Assembly: GCF_004353825.1 (NCBI RefSeq)
Contig: NZ_SMNA01000012.1
Location: 124,001-158,915 of the forward strand
Direction of reading: 5' to 3'
Length of the DNA: 34,915 bases
Origin: Occultella glacieicola
Lineage (GTDB): Bacteria; Actinomycetota; Actinomycetes; Actinomycetales; Beutenbergiaceae
Position 1 is the first letter of the stretch. Each line of letters begins with the position of its first letter. Of this stretch, positions 1-9,377 are shown in pieces. Under the pieces are notes generated by a model. That model was not told the origin of the DNA and did no database searches. It saw nothing but the letters and a program-made list of their open reading frames with translations. Made by a program: the position numbers and the translations under genes.

Positions 1-2
1 TG

Positions 3-809
3 ATGGCCGTCCCCGTCGCCATGGTGTTCGTGTACTCCACGCTCTCCAACGTGGTGATGGAACGCGACCCCGAGTTCGTGGGCATCGAGAACTACCTGAC
101 GCTGTTCGGGGACGAGATCTTCCGCAAGGCGCTCGGGCAGACCGCCATCTTCACTGTCACGTCGGTGACCCTGCACCTGCTGATCGGGCTCGGCTTCGCG
201 ATGATGCTCAACAGCGGGCTGCTGCCGCGGCTGGCGGCGGCACTGTTCCGGGTGATCTACATCCTGCCTTGGGTCTTCACCGCCTCGATCGTGGTGATCC
301 TGTGGCAGTTGCTGCTGAACCCGAACGGCGTCATCAACTACCTGCTCGAGGCAGCTTCGCTGATCGACTCGAAGGTCGAGTGGTTCTCCAACCCCAGCCT
401 GGCGCTCGGCACGGTCATCTTCATCAACGTCTGGGCGGGGTACCCGTTCATCATGATCAGCCTGCTCGCCGGGCTGCAGGGTATCCCCGGTGACCTGTAC
501 GAAGCCGCGGAGATCGACGGCGCAGGCTGGCGTGCGCGGTTCTTCAACATCACGATCCCGCAGTTGTTCCCGATCCTGCTCGCGGTGGCGATGCTCGACT
601 TCATCTGGAACCTGCAGCAGTTCCCCATCATCTGGCTCGCCACCGGCGGCGGGCCGCTCAACGCCACCGAGACCATCGCGACCTTCACCTACAACCTGGC
701 GTTCTCCAAGCACGAGTTCGCCATGGCCTCGGCCAGCGGCGTGGTGCTGTTCGTCGTGTCGGCGATCGTGGCGCTGTTCTACGTACGGCACCAGAAGGCG
801 AGGGACTGA
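3..809 (+). CDS. Carbohydrate ABC transporter permease (MalF-type), probably truncated at its 5' end by the window edge
   Basis: Multiple TM helices; 'FVGIENY' and the EAA loop 'LYEAAEIDGA..RARFFNITIP'. Confidence 0.93.
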   Translation: MAVPVAMVFVYSTLSNVVMERDPEFVGIENYLTLFGDEIFRKALGQTAIFTVTSVTLHLLIGLGFAMMLNSGLLPRLAAALFRVIYILPWVFTASIVVILWQLLLNPNGVINYLLEAASLIDSKVEWFSNPSLALGTVIFINVWAGYPFIMISLLAGLQGIPGDLYEAAEIDGAGWRARFFNITIPQLFPILLAVAMLDFIWNLQQFPIIWLATGGGPLNATETIATFTYNLAFSKHEFAMASASGVVLFVVSAIVALFYVRHQKARD

Positions 810-810
810 C

Positions 811-1668
811 GTGAGCATGACGACGACACGGTCACGCGGCCGCTCGGTCGGGGCACAGCGGGTCGCCCTGTGGATCGGCCTGACGCTCGGCGCGATCTTC
901 GCGGGCTTCCCGGCACTGTGGATGCTGCTGAGCTCATTCAAGCCCAACACCGAGATCTTCCAGTTCCCGCCGACCTTCCTGCCGGACACCTTCACCATTG
1001 GCGCGTACACCGACATCCTCACGAACCCCGAGAAGCTCCGGTTCTTCATCAACAGCTACCTCGTGGCCGGCGCGGTCGTGCTGCTGACGCTGCTCGCCGG
1101 GATCATGGCAGGCTACGCGTTGAGCCGGTTCCAGTTCCCCCTCAAGAGCCTGCTCAACACGGTGGTCATCTCCGTCCAGGCGGTGCCGCCGATCACGTTG
1201 CTGATCCCGTACTTCGGGCTCGTGGTCTGGCTGAAGCTGTACGACTCGCTCTGGGCGCTGATGCTGACCTACATGGTCGCCACGATCCCGTACGCGATCC
1301 TCATGATGACCGGCTACTTCAACACGATTCCGCGTGAGCTCGACGAGGCAGTGAAGGTCGACGGCGGTAACACCATGCGCACGCTGTGGCAGGTGCTGGT
1401 GCCGATCGCACGGCCAGGCATCGTGTCCGTGGGCGCTTACACCTTCATGGTGGCGTGGAACGAGTTCCTGTTCGCCCTCACCCTGACGCAGAGCAGGGAG
1501 AACCGGACCGTGCCCGTGGGCATCCAGCTCCTCATGGGGGAGCACTCGTTCAAGTGGAGCGAGATGATGGCCATGAGCGTGCTCGGGTGCCTGCCGGTCC
1601 TCGTCCTCTTCTTGATCTTCCAGCGGCAGTTCGTCAGCGGTATGACCGCCGGCGCTGTCAAGAGCTGA
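811..1668 (+). CDS. Carbohydrate ABC transporter permease (MalG-type)
   Basis: GTG at 811 (or ATG at 817) directly after the upstream TGA; 'LLSSFKP', EAA loop 'ELDEAVKVDGG', C-terminus 'FQRQFVSGMTAGAVK'. Confidence 0.93.
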   Translation: MSMTTTRSRGRSVGAQRVALWIGLTLGAIFAGFPALWMLLSSFKPNTEIFQFPPTFLPDTFTIGAYTDILTNPEKLRFFINSYLVAGAVVLLTLLAGIMAGYALSRFQFPLKSLLNTVVISVQAVPPITLLIPYFGLVVWLKLYDSLWALMLTYMVATIPYAILMMTGYFNTIPRELDEAVKVDGGNTMRTLWQVLVPIARPGIVSVGAYTFMVAWNEFLFALTLTQSRENRTVPVGIQLLMGEHSFKWSEMMAMSVLGCLPVLVLFLIFQRQFVSGMTAGAVKS

Positions 1669-1697
1669 CCGTTCCTCCTACGAGAGAGAGATACTCC

Positions 1698-2618
1698 ATG
1701 CTGTTCACCGGCAAAGACATCGTCGCGCCCGCGTACGAGCACGGGTTCGCCGTGGCCGCGTACAACATCAGCGACTACGGGATGCTGACGGCGGTGCTCG
1801 CCGCCAGTGAGGCTGCCGACGCGCCGGTCATCCTCTTGATCCACCCCGATGACTGGAAGTTCGTCGGAGACCAGTTCCTGCCGTCGGTGTTTGCGTTGGC
1901 CGCCTCGGCGTCCGTCCCGGTCGCGATCCAACTGGATCACGGGGCCTCGCTCGAGCAGGCCGCCGCATCGCTGCGCCACGGCTTCACCTCAGTCATGATC
2001 GACGGCTCGCTGCTCACGTTCGAGGAGAACATCGCGATCACGCGCGCGACGGTGGAGATGGCGCACCGGGTCGGCGTCTCGGTCGAGGGCGAGATCGGCA
2101 CGATCGGCCCACGCGACCCGCAGTCCCTCGCCGAGATGCGGGACTTCGTCCACACCGAGCCCGGCCAGGCGAAGCAGTTCGTCGAGTCGACCGGGGTGGA
2201 CCTACTCGCTGTCGCCGTCGGTACCGCCCACGGCGTCTACCCCGCGGGATTCACGCCCGAGCTCAAGCTCGATCTGATCGCCGCGATCACCGAGACCGTG
2301 GGCATCCCCCTCGTGCTGCACGGTGGCTCCGGCGCCGTGGACGAGCAGGTCTCCGCCGCCGTCAAGCTCGGCGTCGCCAAGATGAACATCTCAGCCGACA
2401 TGAAAACGGCGTACTTCACGAAGCTGCGCGAGGTCCTCGCCGACCCGGCCCAGCGCGAACCGCTCGACATCTACCCGCCGGCTCTCGCCGTCGTGCAGCA
2501 GGTCGTTCGCCACAAGGCGGAGGTGCTGGGCGCCGTCGGCGCCGCAGCGCGCTACGACTACCGGCCGTCCGGGATCGGTGCGCGCCGGTGGTCCCAGGAT
2601 GCGACCGTGCGGCACTGA
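1698..2618 (+). CDS. Class II ketose-bisphosphate (fructose/tagatose) aldolase
   Basis: ATG at 1698 after a GAGAG-rich RBS; 'AVAAYN', 'LDHG', 'FTSVMIDGS', 'VEGEIG', 'AVAVGTAHG', 'PLVLHGGSG', 'KMNI'. Confidence 0.92.
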   Translation: MLFTGKDIVAPAYEHGFAVAAYNISDYGMLTAVLAASEAADAPVILLIHPDDWKFVGDQFLPSVFALAASASVPVAIQLDHGASLEQAAASLRHGFTSVMIDGSLLTFEENIAITRATVEMAHRVGVSVEGEIGTIGPRDPQSLAEMRDFVHTEPGQAKQFVESTGVDLLAVAVGTAHGVYPAGFTPELKLDLIAAITETVGIPLVLHGGSGAVDEQVSAAVKLGVAKMNISADMKTAYFTKLREVLADPAQREPLDIYPPALAVVQQVVRHKAEVLGAVGAAARYDYRPSGIGARRWSQDATVRH

Positions 2619-2633
2619 GCGGATTGACAACGG

Positions 2634-3242
2634 TCAGGGGTGTTCGGCAGCGTTCGGCGCCGCGGGAAGGCTCGCTGGCGGTGACGACACCCAGATCGCC
2701 TCGGCGACCTCGCTCCCGACGTTGGTGATCTGGTGCGGCACCGAGGATCGGAAGTCCAAGCTGTCCCCCACCGCCAACTCGAAGCTGCTCTCCCCCAGGG
2801 TGAACAGGAACGTGCCGCGCACCACGATGAAGATCTCCCGGACGTCACCGTGGGTGTAGTCCGGACCGCCCACGATCCCACCCGGTGGGTATTCGGTCGA
2901 GGTCACTTCGACGTCCAACAGCGGCGGCGGGGTTATCGCGAACGTGCGGACCCCGTCGCCGTGCAGGATCGAGGGCCGCTCACGCCTGCGCAGGACCTTG
3001 CCCGAGGCTCCCGGTTCCTCGAAGAGGTCGATCAGTTTGATGGACAGGGCATCGGCGAGGCTGCGCAGTACCGCGAAGGCGGCGTTCGCCGAACCGCTCT
3101 CTATCTGATGGATGTAACTGGGGCTCCGGCCGGTGGCCGCGGCCAAGTCCCTGATCGACATGCCGCGGCTCTTGCGGAAGGTGCGGACCCGGCGACCGAG
3201 GTTCTCCCGCTCGGTCGGCGTGCGTTGTTCACCGTTGCTCAC
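2634..3242 (-). CDS. XRE-family HTH regulator with C-terminal cupin domain
   Basis: GTG at 3242 after GGAGG; HTH 'LGRRVRTFRKSRGMSIRDLA..TGRSPSYIHQIESG'; cupin 'H.D..E..IVVRG..GDSLDF.S.VPH'. Confidence 0.9.
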   Translation of the reverse strand: MSNGEQRTPTERENLGRRVRTFRKSRGMSIRDLAAATGRSPSYIHQIESGSANAAFAVLRSLADALSIKLIDLFEEPGASGKVLRRRERPSILHGDGVRTFAITPPPLLDVEVTSTEYPPGGIVGGPDYTHGDVREIFIVVRGTFLFTLGESSFELAVGDSLDFRSSVPHQITNVGSEVAEAIWVSSPPASLPAAPNAAEHP

Positions 3243-3318
3243 CTGCCGCCTCCCCACGGGCTCCTCGGTGATGGCCCTTGTTGCGATCCTAGGTGGCAGG
3301 CCACGATCGCACGGACCG

Positions 3319-4041
3319 TCAACTGACGCGCTGGCGGTTCTCGGTGCGGGGCTGTCCCAGGTCCAGCCACTCCTCACCGAGCACCTCGGGGTGATCGAGC
3401 CAGTAGTCACCGTAGTAGTCGATCAGCGGGCCGTACTCGTCGAAGATCCGGCGCAGCTCGCGGATGGAATCCGCACCGTCGGGGGCTATGTCGACCCGGA
3501 GGTCCAGGCGTGGGCGTCGCTCGCCGCGCAGCGTGGTGATCAGTGAGGAAGACAGGTGCCGGCGGCCCTCGCCGCCGGCCTCCAGCCCGGCCTCGAGGCC
3601 GCGGAGCAGGCGCTCTTCGAAGGCGAGCTCGGCGCCGGCTTCGAACGTCTGCGCGACCGCCGTGAGCACCTCGGGTCCCACGACTCCGTTTCCGAGGACC
3701 GCGTAGCCGGCACCGGTGTGGTGCCCCGAGAAGGACCGTCCGCCGGCGAAGGAACCGGTGTGGGCGCCGACCCGGCCGTCATCGGTCACGATGCCGACCT
3801 GACGGTAGGCGAACAGTGGGTCGGTCAGTTCCAGGGCCGCGAGCACCACCTGTGGATCCAGTCCGCTAGTGGCCAGATCGAGGGCGCGCAGTCCCAGTCG
3901 CCAGTCGCTGTGCCACTGGCTGGTGACGGCGACACCGCCCGCCACCTGCGGGCAACGGGAGGCGAGTGCGATCGATCCGGTGCCCTGGCAGACTCCGACC
4001 GCCTTCGTGGTGGGATCGGTGGCGACGATGCTGAACGTCAT
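3319..4041 (-). CDS. DUF1028 family protein (Ntn-hydrolase-like)
   Basis: Typical N-terminus 'MTFSIVATDP', plus 'YRQVGIV..G..GAHTG', 'AGGEGR', 'LDLRVD'. Confidence 0.85.
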   Translation of the reverse strand: MTFSIVATDPTTKAVGVCQGTGSIALASRCPQVAGGVAVTSQWHSDWRLGLRALDLATSGLDPQVVLAALELTDPLFAYRQVGIVTDDGRVGAHTGSFAGGRSFSGHHTGAGYAVLGNGVVGPEVLTAVAQTFEAGAELAFEERLLRGLEAGLEAGGEGRRHLSSSLITTLRGERRPRLDLRVDIAPDGADSIRELRRIFDEYGPLIDYYGDYWLDHPEVLGEEWLDLGQPRTENRQRVS

Positions 4042-4108
4042 GGTGTCTCTCCTTGGGTGGGGTGGGACCGGCGCGGAGCGCGACAGGAGCTCCGCGCCGG
4101 CCGCGGTG

Positions 4109-5755
4109 TCATTCGTTGATGGACAGGTGCGCGTAGTCGACCGTGTTGTCGGTGCGCCACGCGTACCCGGCGATCCGCTCCGAGATCGCGATCCCGGGCT
4201 GCACCTGCGCGATCTGGATGAACGGAACCTCCTCCAGCAGCCGGGTCTCGGCGACGTTCCATGCGGCGCCGGCCTCGGCCGAGCTCTGGTCGATCACCTC
4301 GGCGCTGGCGGCCAACGCCTCGTAGAACTCCGGGTCCTCCCAGTCCGACATGTTGTTCTGCGAGTCGACCCCGGTCAGCAGGTTGAGGGTGTAGATCGGC
4401 GTGAGTGCCCACGGGGCCTGCACCGACAGGAGCGCCTGCCAGATCTTGGCGTAGCGGCCGGTGTGGAAGTCCGCCCCGGGAACCGTCTCGATCTGGACGT
4501 CGAAGCCTGCCGGGCGCGCCGCCGTCTGGATCTGCACGGCCGTGGCCTGCGACTCGGCGTCGGCAGCGCTGACCGTGAGGGTGAAGCTCAGCCCGTCGGG
4601 GTAGCCGGCCTCGGCGAGCAGTGCCCTGGCGGTCTCCGGGTCGTACTCGTACTCCGGCAGGCCGGCCGCGTCGTAGCCGGGGGTGTTGGTGAAGACGATG
4701 CCCGAGCCGGTACGCACCGCACGGTCCTGGTAGACGTTGGAGATGATGTCCTCGAACGGGATCGCTCGAGACATTGCCTGACGCACCAGCAGGTTGTCGA
4801 AGGGGGCCTTGTTCGTCACCAGCGAGAGCACCTGCGAGGTGTTCGGTGAGCTGACGGTGGGCACGATCAGCGTGTCGACGGAGGCCAGGTCGGCCGCATC
4901 GGTGGGCGAGAGCCCCTCGACGATGTCCGCGTCGCCGGCTCGGATGGTGCTCGCGCGGCTCCCGGCGTCGGGAACGACCTGGACATTGACGACGTCGACC
5001 TCGGGGGTGCCGAGGATCCAGTTATCCCGTGCCTCGAAACGGGCGTAGGAGCCCACCTCCCAGTCGGTGATCTCATAGGGTCCGAAGCCGTAGTTCGGGT
5101 TCTCCTGCGCCCAGGCGATCGCGTAGGGATCGTCGGCGCTCACGTTGGCTTGCATCTCGGTGCTGTCGTAGACGAACGCGAGCGCGTCCGCCAGCATGGA
5201 CAGCAGCGTGGTGCCCAGGCCCGGGCTCGCGATCGTGATGCTGACCGTCTTGTCGTCGATCTTCGTGAACTGGGTGGCCGGGTCGGTGATCACCGGGGAC
5301 ATCGCCCCCGGCGCCGTCGAGGTGTCGGCTCCGAACTTGAGTTCGAAGGACCACAGCACGTCGTCCGCAGTGAGCTCATTCCCGGCTGCGCTCACGGCAT
5401 CGGAGAGGTGGAAGGTGTAGACGAGGCCGTCATCGGAGACCTCATAGCTCTCGGCCAGGTAGCCCTCATAGGTGAACGGGTCCTGCTCGAAGACGCCGTC
5501 CTGGCCGGACTCGACGTAGGGCTTGCGGACGAGGGTGGCCTGGGTCGCGCCGAGGAACTCGGTGTTGTTGGCACCGGCCTCCTTGATCAGGCCCATTCCG
5601 ATGTCGGCCTGCAGGATGGTGACGCTGGTCTCCTCGTCGGTGGACGCGTCGGCGGTGTTCGCCGACTCTGCACACGCGGAGACGAGCAGCGCTGCCGCAA
5701 CTGCGACAGCCATTGGCTTCGCCAGACGGCGAACCATGGAGCGATCTCGAGACAC
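4109..5755 (-). CDS. ABC substrate-binding lipoprotein, family 5 (Opp/Dpp-type)
   Basis: GTG at 5755 after AAAGGAAG (alternative ATG at 5737); lipobox 'LLVSAC'; 'LAESYEVSDDGLVYTFHL', 'GFGPY', 'PFDNLLVRQAM'. Confidence 0.9.
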   Translation of the reverse strand: MSRDRSMVRRLAKPMAVAVAAALLVSACAESANTADASTDEETSVTILQADIGMGLIKEAGANNTEFLGATQATLVRKPYVESGQDGVFEQDPFTYEGYLAESYEVSDDGLVYTFHLSDAVSAAGNELTADDVLWSFELKFGADTSTAPGAMSPVITDPATQFTKIDDKTVSITIASPGLGTTLLSMLADALAFVYDSTEMQANVSADDPYAIAWAQENPNYGFGPYEITDWEVGSYARFEARDNWILGTPEVDVVNVQVVPDAGSRASTIRAGDADIVEGLSPTDAADLASVDTLIVPTVSSPNTSQVLSLVTNKAPFDNLLVRQAMSRAIPFEDIISNVYQDRAVRTGSGIVFTNTPGYDAAGLPEYEYDPETARALLAEAGYPDGLSFTLTVSAADAESQATAVQIQTAARPAGFDVQIETVPGADFHTGRYAKIWQALLSVQAPWALTPIYTLNLLTGVDSQNNMSDWEDPEFYEALAASAEVIDQSSAEAGAAWNVAETRLLEEVPFIQIAQVQPGIAISERIAGYAWRTDNTVDYAHLSINE

Positions 5756-5838
5756 GAGTCTTCCTTTCGAGGGGTGGGGGAATCCCGGAGCGGTGGGCAG
5801 ACCGGGGGTGGGCAGATCAGGACTGGCTCGGGCGCGGG

Positions 5839-6699
5839 TCAGCGCCGTCGCAGGTACTGGTGGGCGAGATTGCTGAACGCGATCACGGTCACGGCCAACG
5901 CGAGACAGGGAAACAGGGAGGACCACCAGCGCCCGGCTGACGCTGCCGTTGCGCCGTCGGCGATCATGGCTCCCCACTCGGGGGTCGGCGGCGGCAGACC
6001 GACGCCGAGGAACCCCAGGCCCGCTGCGACCGTGACGGCGACGCCGAAGATGTAGGAGGCGTTCTCCAGAGCCGGCCACGTCGAGTTCGGCAGCATGTGC
6101 CGCAGCAGCAGTCCGCGCTCGGACTCGCCCGACAGACGCGCCGACTCCAGGTACGCCTCGCGACGCACCCGGAGCACCTCCGTCCTGACCACGCGTGCCT
6201 GGGTGGGCACCATGAGCAGGCCGCACACCACCGAGAGGGTGAGCAGGTTCCGGCCGAAGAAGGCGAGCAGCACCAGCCCGACCACGATCTGCGGGAGCGC
6301 GTCGAACAGGTCGAGGCCGCGGGTGACACCGCGGGCCACGCTGCCTGGGACGCCACCGCGTGACTCGTTCGTCCCGGTGAACAATCCCACACCGACGCCG
6401 ATGACCGTCGCGAGCAGGGCCGCGACGAGGCCGACCACCAGGTCGTTGCGCGTCGCTGCGATGACCCGCGAGAAGACGTCCAGACCGTAGATGTCGGTCC
6501 CGAACCAGTGCTGCGTCGACGGCGGCTGATCGGGGGCAGCCACGACGTCGATCGGGCTGTAGGGCGCCAGCAAGGGCCCGAGCGCGGCGACCAGCAGGAG
6601 GAGGACCAGTGGCGCGACGACGGGCACCATCGAGGCAGACCCGGGCAACCTCCGGCGGGTTGCCGGCGCCGCGGTGGGGGGCGTTGTGGCAGTGGTCAT
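5839..6699 (-). CDS. Opp/Dpp-type ABC permease (DppC-like)
   Basis: ATG at 6699 overlaps the upstream stop; 'HWFGTDIYGLDVFSRV', 'LGFLGVGLPPPTPEWG'. Confidence 0.92.
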   Translation of the reverse strand: MTTATTPPTAAPATRRRLPGSASMVPVVAPLVLLLLVAALGPLLAPYSPIDVVAAPDQPPSTQHWFGTDIYGLDVFSRVIAATRNDLVVGLVAALLATVIGVGVGLFTGTNESRGGVPGSVARGVTRGLDLFDALPQIVVGLVLLAFFGRNLLTLSVVCGLLMVPTQARVVRTEVLRVRREAYLESARLSGESERGLLLRHMLPNSTWPALENASYIFGVAVTVAAGLGFLGVGLPPPTPEWGAMIADGATAASAGRWWSSLFPCLALAVTVIAFSNLAHQYLRRR

Positions 6700-7748
6700 G
6701 CGTTTCCCTCCACCATCACGCCGGGTCGACGGCGCGGATCCAAGGTCATGTTGACGAGGTCGACAATCAGGAACACCACCAGCACGCACGCTGCCACCGT
6801 GAGCAGGAATGCCTGCAGCGCCAGGAAGTCGGCTCGGCCCACCGCCTGGACGGCGTACTGCCCCATGCCTGGGATCGCGAAGAGCTGTTCGATGATGACG
6901 GCGCCGCCGAGGAGGAAGCCGAAGAGCTGCCCGCACATCGTCACCATGGTGGGGCTGGCCCGCCGCAGGACGCTGACGATGACGACGTGCCGCGGCACTC
7001 CGGACGCGATACGGAACAGCGTGGCCTCGTCATCGACAGCGTGTTCGATCGAGCGCTGCAGGACCTTCATGATCGTGGGCGCGCTGCCGACCACCAGGAC
7101 CAGCACGGGCAACCACAGGTGCGCCAGCATCGAACTGAGCAGCACCGTGTCGGAGGACAGCAGCGCATCCAGGAACGGGAACCCGGTGGTCCGTGGTGCC
7201 GGCCGCAGCCCCGCGTCGTAGCGTCCGGTCGGTGCCGCGGCCCACCCGAGGACGGTGTAGAAGACCAGGATGCCGGCCACCCCGAGGACGAAGTCCGGGA
7301 TCGCTCCGGCCGAGCGCGCGTAGAAGGCAGCGAATCTGGCCACGGGGTTATGGGGGTGGAGCATCGCGAAGATGCACAGCAGGAGCGTCACCGCGATGGC
7401 GATGACCATGGCGATGAGGGCGATCTCGATGGTGGCGGGCAGCCGCCACGCGATCTGCTCTTGCACATCCTGACCGTCGATGAGGGAACGACCGAGGTCG
7501 AGCGTGACCACGCGGCCCAGGAACACCATCAGCTGGTGCCACAGCGAGCCGCTGAGGCCGAGCAGCACCTCGATGCGTTCGTACTGGTCCGCGGTCAGAT
7601 CGTCGCTACCCGCGATGATCAGGACTGGGTCCCCCGGGATCAAGCGGACCAGGAAGAACACCGCGATCGCGAACAGGAACAGGTGGACGGGCAGGAGCGC
7701 CACGCGCTGGATCCACCAGCGCTGGGAACGCCACAGCCGCGCGATCAT
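6696..7748 (-). CDS. Opp/Dpp-type ABC permease (DppB-like)
   Basis: 'LIPGDPV', 'LDLGRS', 'GAVIIEQLFAIPGMG', 'LDPR'. Confidence 0.92.
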   Translation of the reverse strand: MIARLWRSQRWWIQRVALLPVHLFLFAIAVFFLVRLIPGDPVLIIAGSDDLTADQYERIEVLLGLSGSLWHQLMVFLGRVVTLDLGRSLIDGQDVQEQIAWRLPATIEIALIAMVIAIAVTLLLCIFAMLHPHNPVARFAAFYARSAGAIPDFVLGVAGILVFYTVLGWAAAPTGRYDAGLRPAPRTTGFPFLDALLSSDTVLLSSMLAHLWLPVLVLVVGSAPTIMKVLQRSIEHAVDDEATLFRIASGVPRHVVIVSVLRRASPTMVTMCGQLFGFLLGGAVIIEQLFAIPGMGQYAVQAVGRADFLALQAFLLTVAACVLVVFLIVDLVNMTLDPRRRPGVMVEGNA

Positions 7749-8527
7749 GCGGCGCTCGATTCATCGGCGGAGAGCTTGCGGTAGGCGCCCATCAGCCGCG
7801 CCGTGTACGGATGCTTCGGCCGGTTGACGACCTGGCTGACGTCGCCCTGCTCGACGACGTCGCCGCCGTGCATGACAACGAGTCGATCGCTGAGGAACGC
7901 CGTCGCCGGTACTCCGTGGGAGACGAACACGATGCCGGCTCCGGATCGTTCGGCGAAGTCCTTGAACTCGTTGAGCACGGCTCCCTGCACCGAGACATCC
8001 AGGGCGGAGACCGACTCGTCGCAGATGAGGATGCGCGGCGAGACGATCAACGCTCGTGCGATCGCGAACCGCTGGCGTTGTCCACCGGACACCTGGGACG
8101 GCCGACGCGATGAGAGTTCCGGGTCGACGGCGAGCGAAGCGAGCACCTCGTCGACCGCCGCATCCGCCTCGGCGACGGTGAGGCCGAGGATCTCCAGGGC
8201 CGGCCGCCGGACGGCGTCACGCAGGCTGCGCAACGGATCGAACGAGGAGGTCGTGTCCTGCCCGACGAGTTGCACGTCCCGCCGGAACTGGCGCAGCCGG
8301 TCGCCGCTCAGCTGCGAGACTTCGCCGTCCTGGTAGAGGATGGAGCCGGCCGACGGCGTCTCGAGCCCGAGCAGGAGGCGCACGAGGGTCGACTTTCCCG
8401 ACCCGGACTCGCCGATGATGCCGACCCGGTCGCCGGGCTCGATCACCAGGTCGAGTGGGTTGAGGGCGTGCACGACGGTGTTGTCGCGGCCGCGGTACTG
8501 CTTGGCGGCTGCCTTCGCGGTGATCAC
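7745..8527 (-). CDS. ABC transporter ATP-binding protein (DppF-like)
   Basis: GTG at 8527 overlaps the upstream stop; Walker A GESGSGKS, signature VSGGQRQR, Walker B 'ILICDE', 'HPYT'. Confidence 0.93.
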   Translation of the reverse strand: MITAKAAAKQYRGRDNTVVHALNPLDLVIEPGDRVGIIGESGSGKSTLVRLLLGLETPSAGSILYQDGEVSQLSGDRLRQFRRDVQLVGQDTTSSFDPLRSLRDAVRRPALEILGLTVAEADAAVDEVLASLAVDPELSSRRPSQVSGGQRQRFAIARALIVSPRILICDESVSALDVSVQGAVLNEFKDFAERSGAGIVFVSHGVPATAFLSDRLVVMHGGDVVEQGDVSQVVNRPKHPYTARLMGAYRKLSADESSAA

Positions 8528-9375
8528 GAGACTCCGACCATCGTCGTGAGCCGGTGGTCGTTGAGCTGGCCCAGCGACGGTGCGCACGCGAGCAGCGCCG
8601 CGGTGTAGTCCGCGCTCGGGGCCGCGAGGACCTGCTCGGTGTCCCCCTGCTCGACGACCCGGCCGCGATGCATGACGACCACCCGGTCGGAGTAAGCCCG
8701 GCACAGCCCGATGTCATGGGTGATCATCAGCAGGGTGGTGCCGAGGTCGGCCGTCAGCGAGGTGATCAGTTCCAGGAGGTCGACGGACAGCGTGACGTCC
8801 AGGGCGCTGGTCGGTTCGTCAGCGATCAACAGCTCGGGCTGGGAGCACAGCGCGATGGCGATCATCACCCGCTGCCGCATCCCGCCGGAGAGCTCGTACG
8901 GCCGGGCACGCAGCACCCGTGCGGGGTCACGGATCCCGACCCGCTCCAACCACTCCCCGGCGAGCACCCGGGCGCGCGCCCTGGACGTGGCGCCCCGCCC
9001 GCGGATGGCGGTGCCGAGCTGGCTCCCGACCGTCCAAACAGGGTCGAGCGCGTTCATCGCGTTCTGGAAGACGACGCTCACCCCGGGCACCTGGTAGGGG
9101 ATCGCGCGCGTCGGCCGCGCCGTCAGGTCGGTCTCGATGATGCGGGCCGTGGTCGCTTCGACGGCGGCTCCGAGCGGGAGCAAGCCGGCCAGTGCCATGC
9201 ACACGCTGCTCTTGCCCGATCCGGACTCGCCGACGATTGCGACCCGCTGACCGGAGGACACCGTCAGCGAGAAGTCCGAGACCGCGGTGAACCACCCGTC
9301 CGGGGTACGGTAGCGCACCCTGAGGTCCGCGACCTCGACGGCGTTGGCGGCCCTCAGTCCGACGTCGCCCGGCAT
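8524..9375 (-). CDS. ABC transporter ATP-binding protein (DppD-like)
   Basis: Walker A GESGSGKS, 'PYELSGGMRQR', 'LLIADEPTSALD'. Confidence 0.93.
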   Translation of the reverse strand: MPGDVGLRAANAVEVADLRVRYRTPDGWFTAVSDFSLTVSSGQRVAIVGESGSGKSSVCMALAGLLPLGAAVEATTARIIETDLTARPTRAIPYQVPGVSVVFQNAMNALDPVWTVGSQLGTAIRGRGATSRARARVLAGEWLERVGIRDPARVLRARPYELSGGMRQRVMIAIALCSQPELLIADEPTSALDVTLSVDLLELITSLTADLGTTLLMITHDIGLCRAYSDRVVVMHRGRVVEQGDTEQVLAAPSADYTAALLACAPSLGQLNDHRLTTMVGVS

Positions 9376-9377
9376 GG

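Noticed and set aside
5756..6226. N-terminal extension of the binding protein to 705 aa
   Set aside because: It overlaps the DppC-like gene; the lipoprotein signal and RBS lie at 5755
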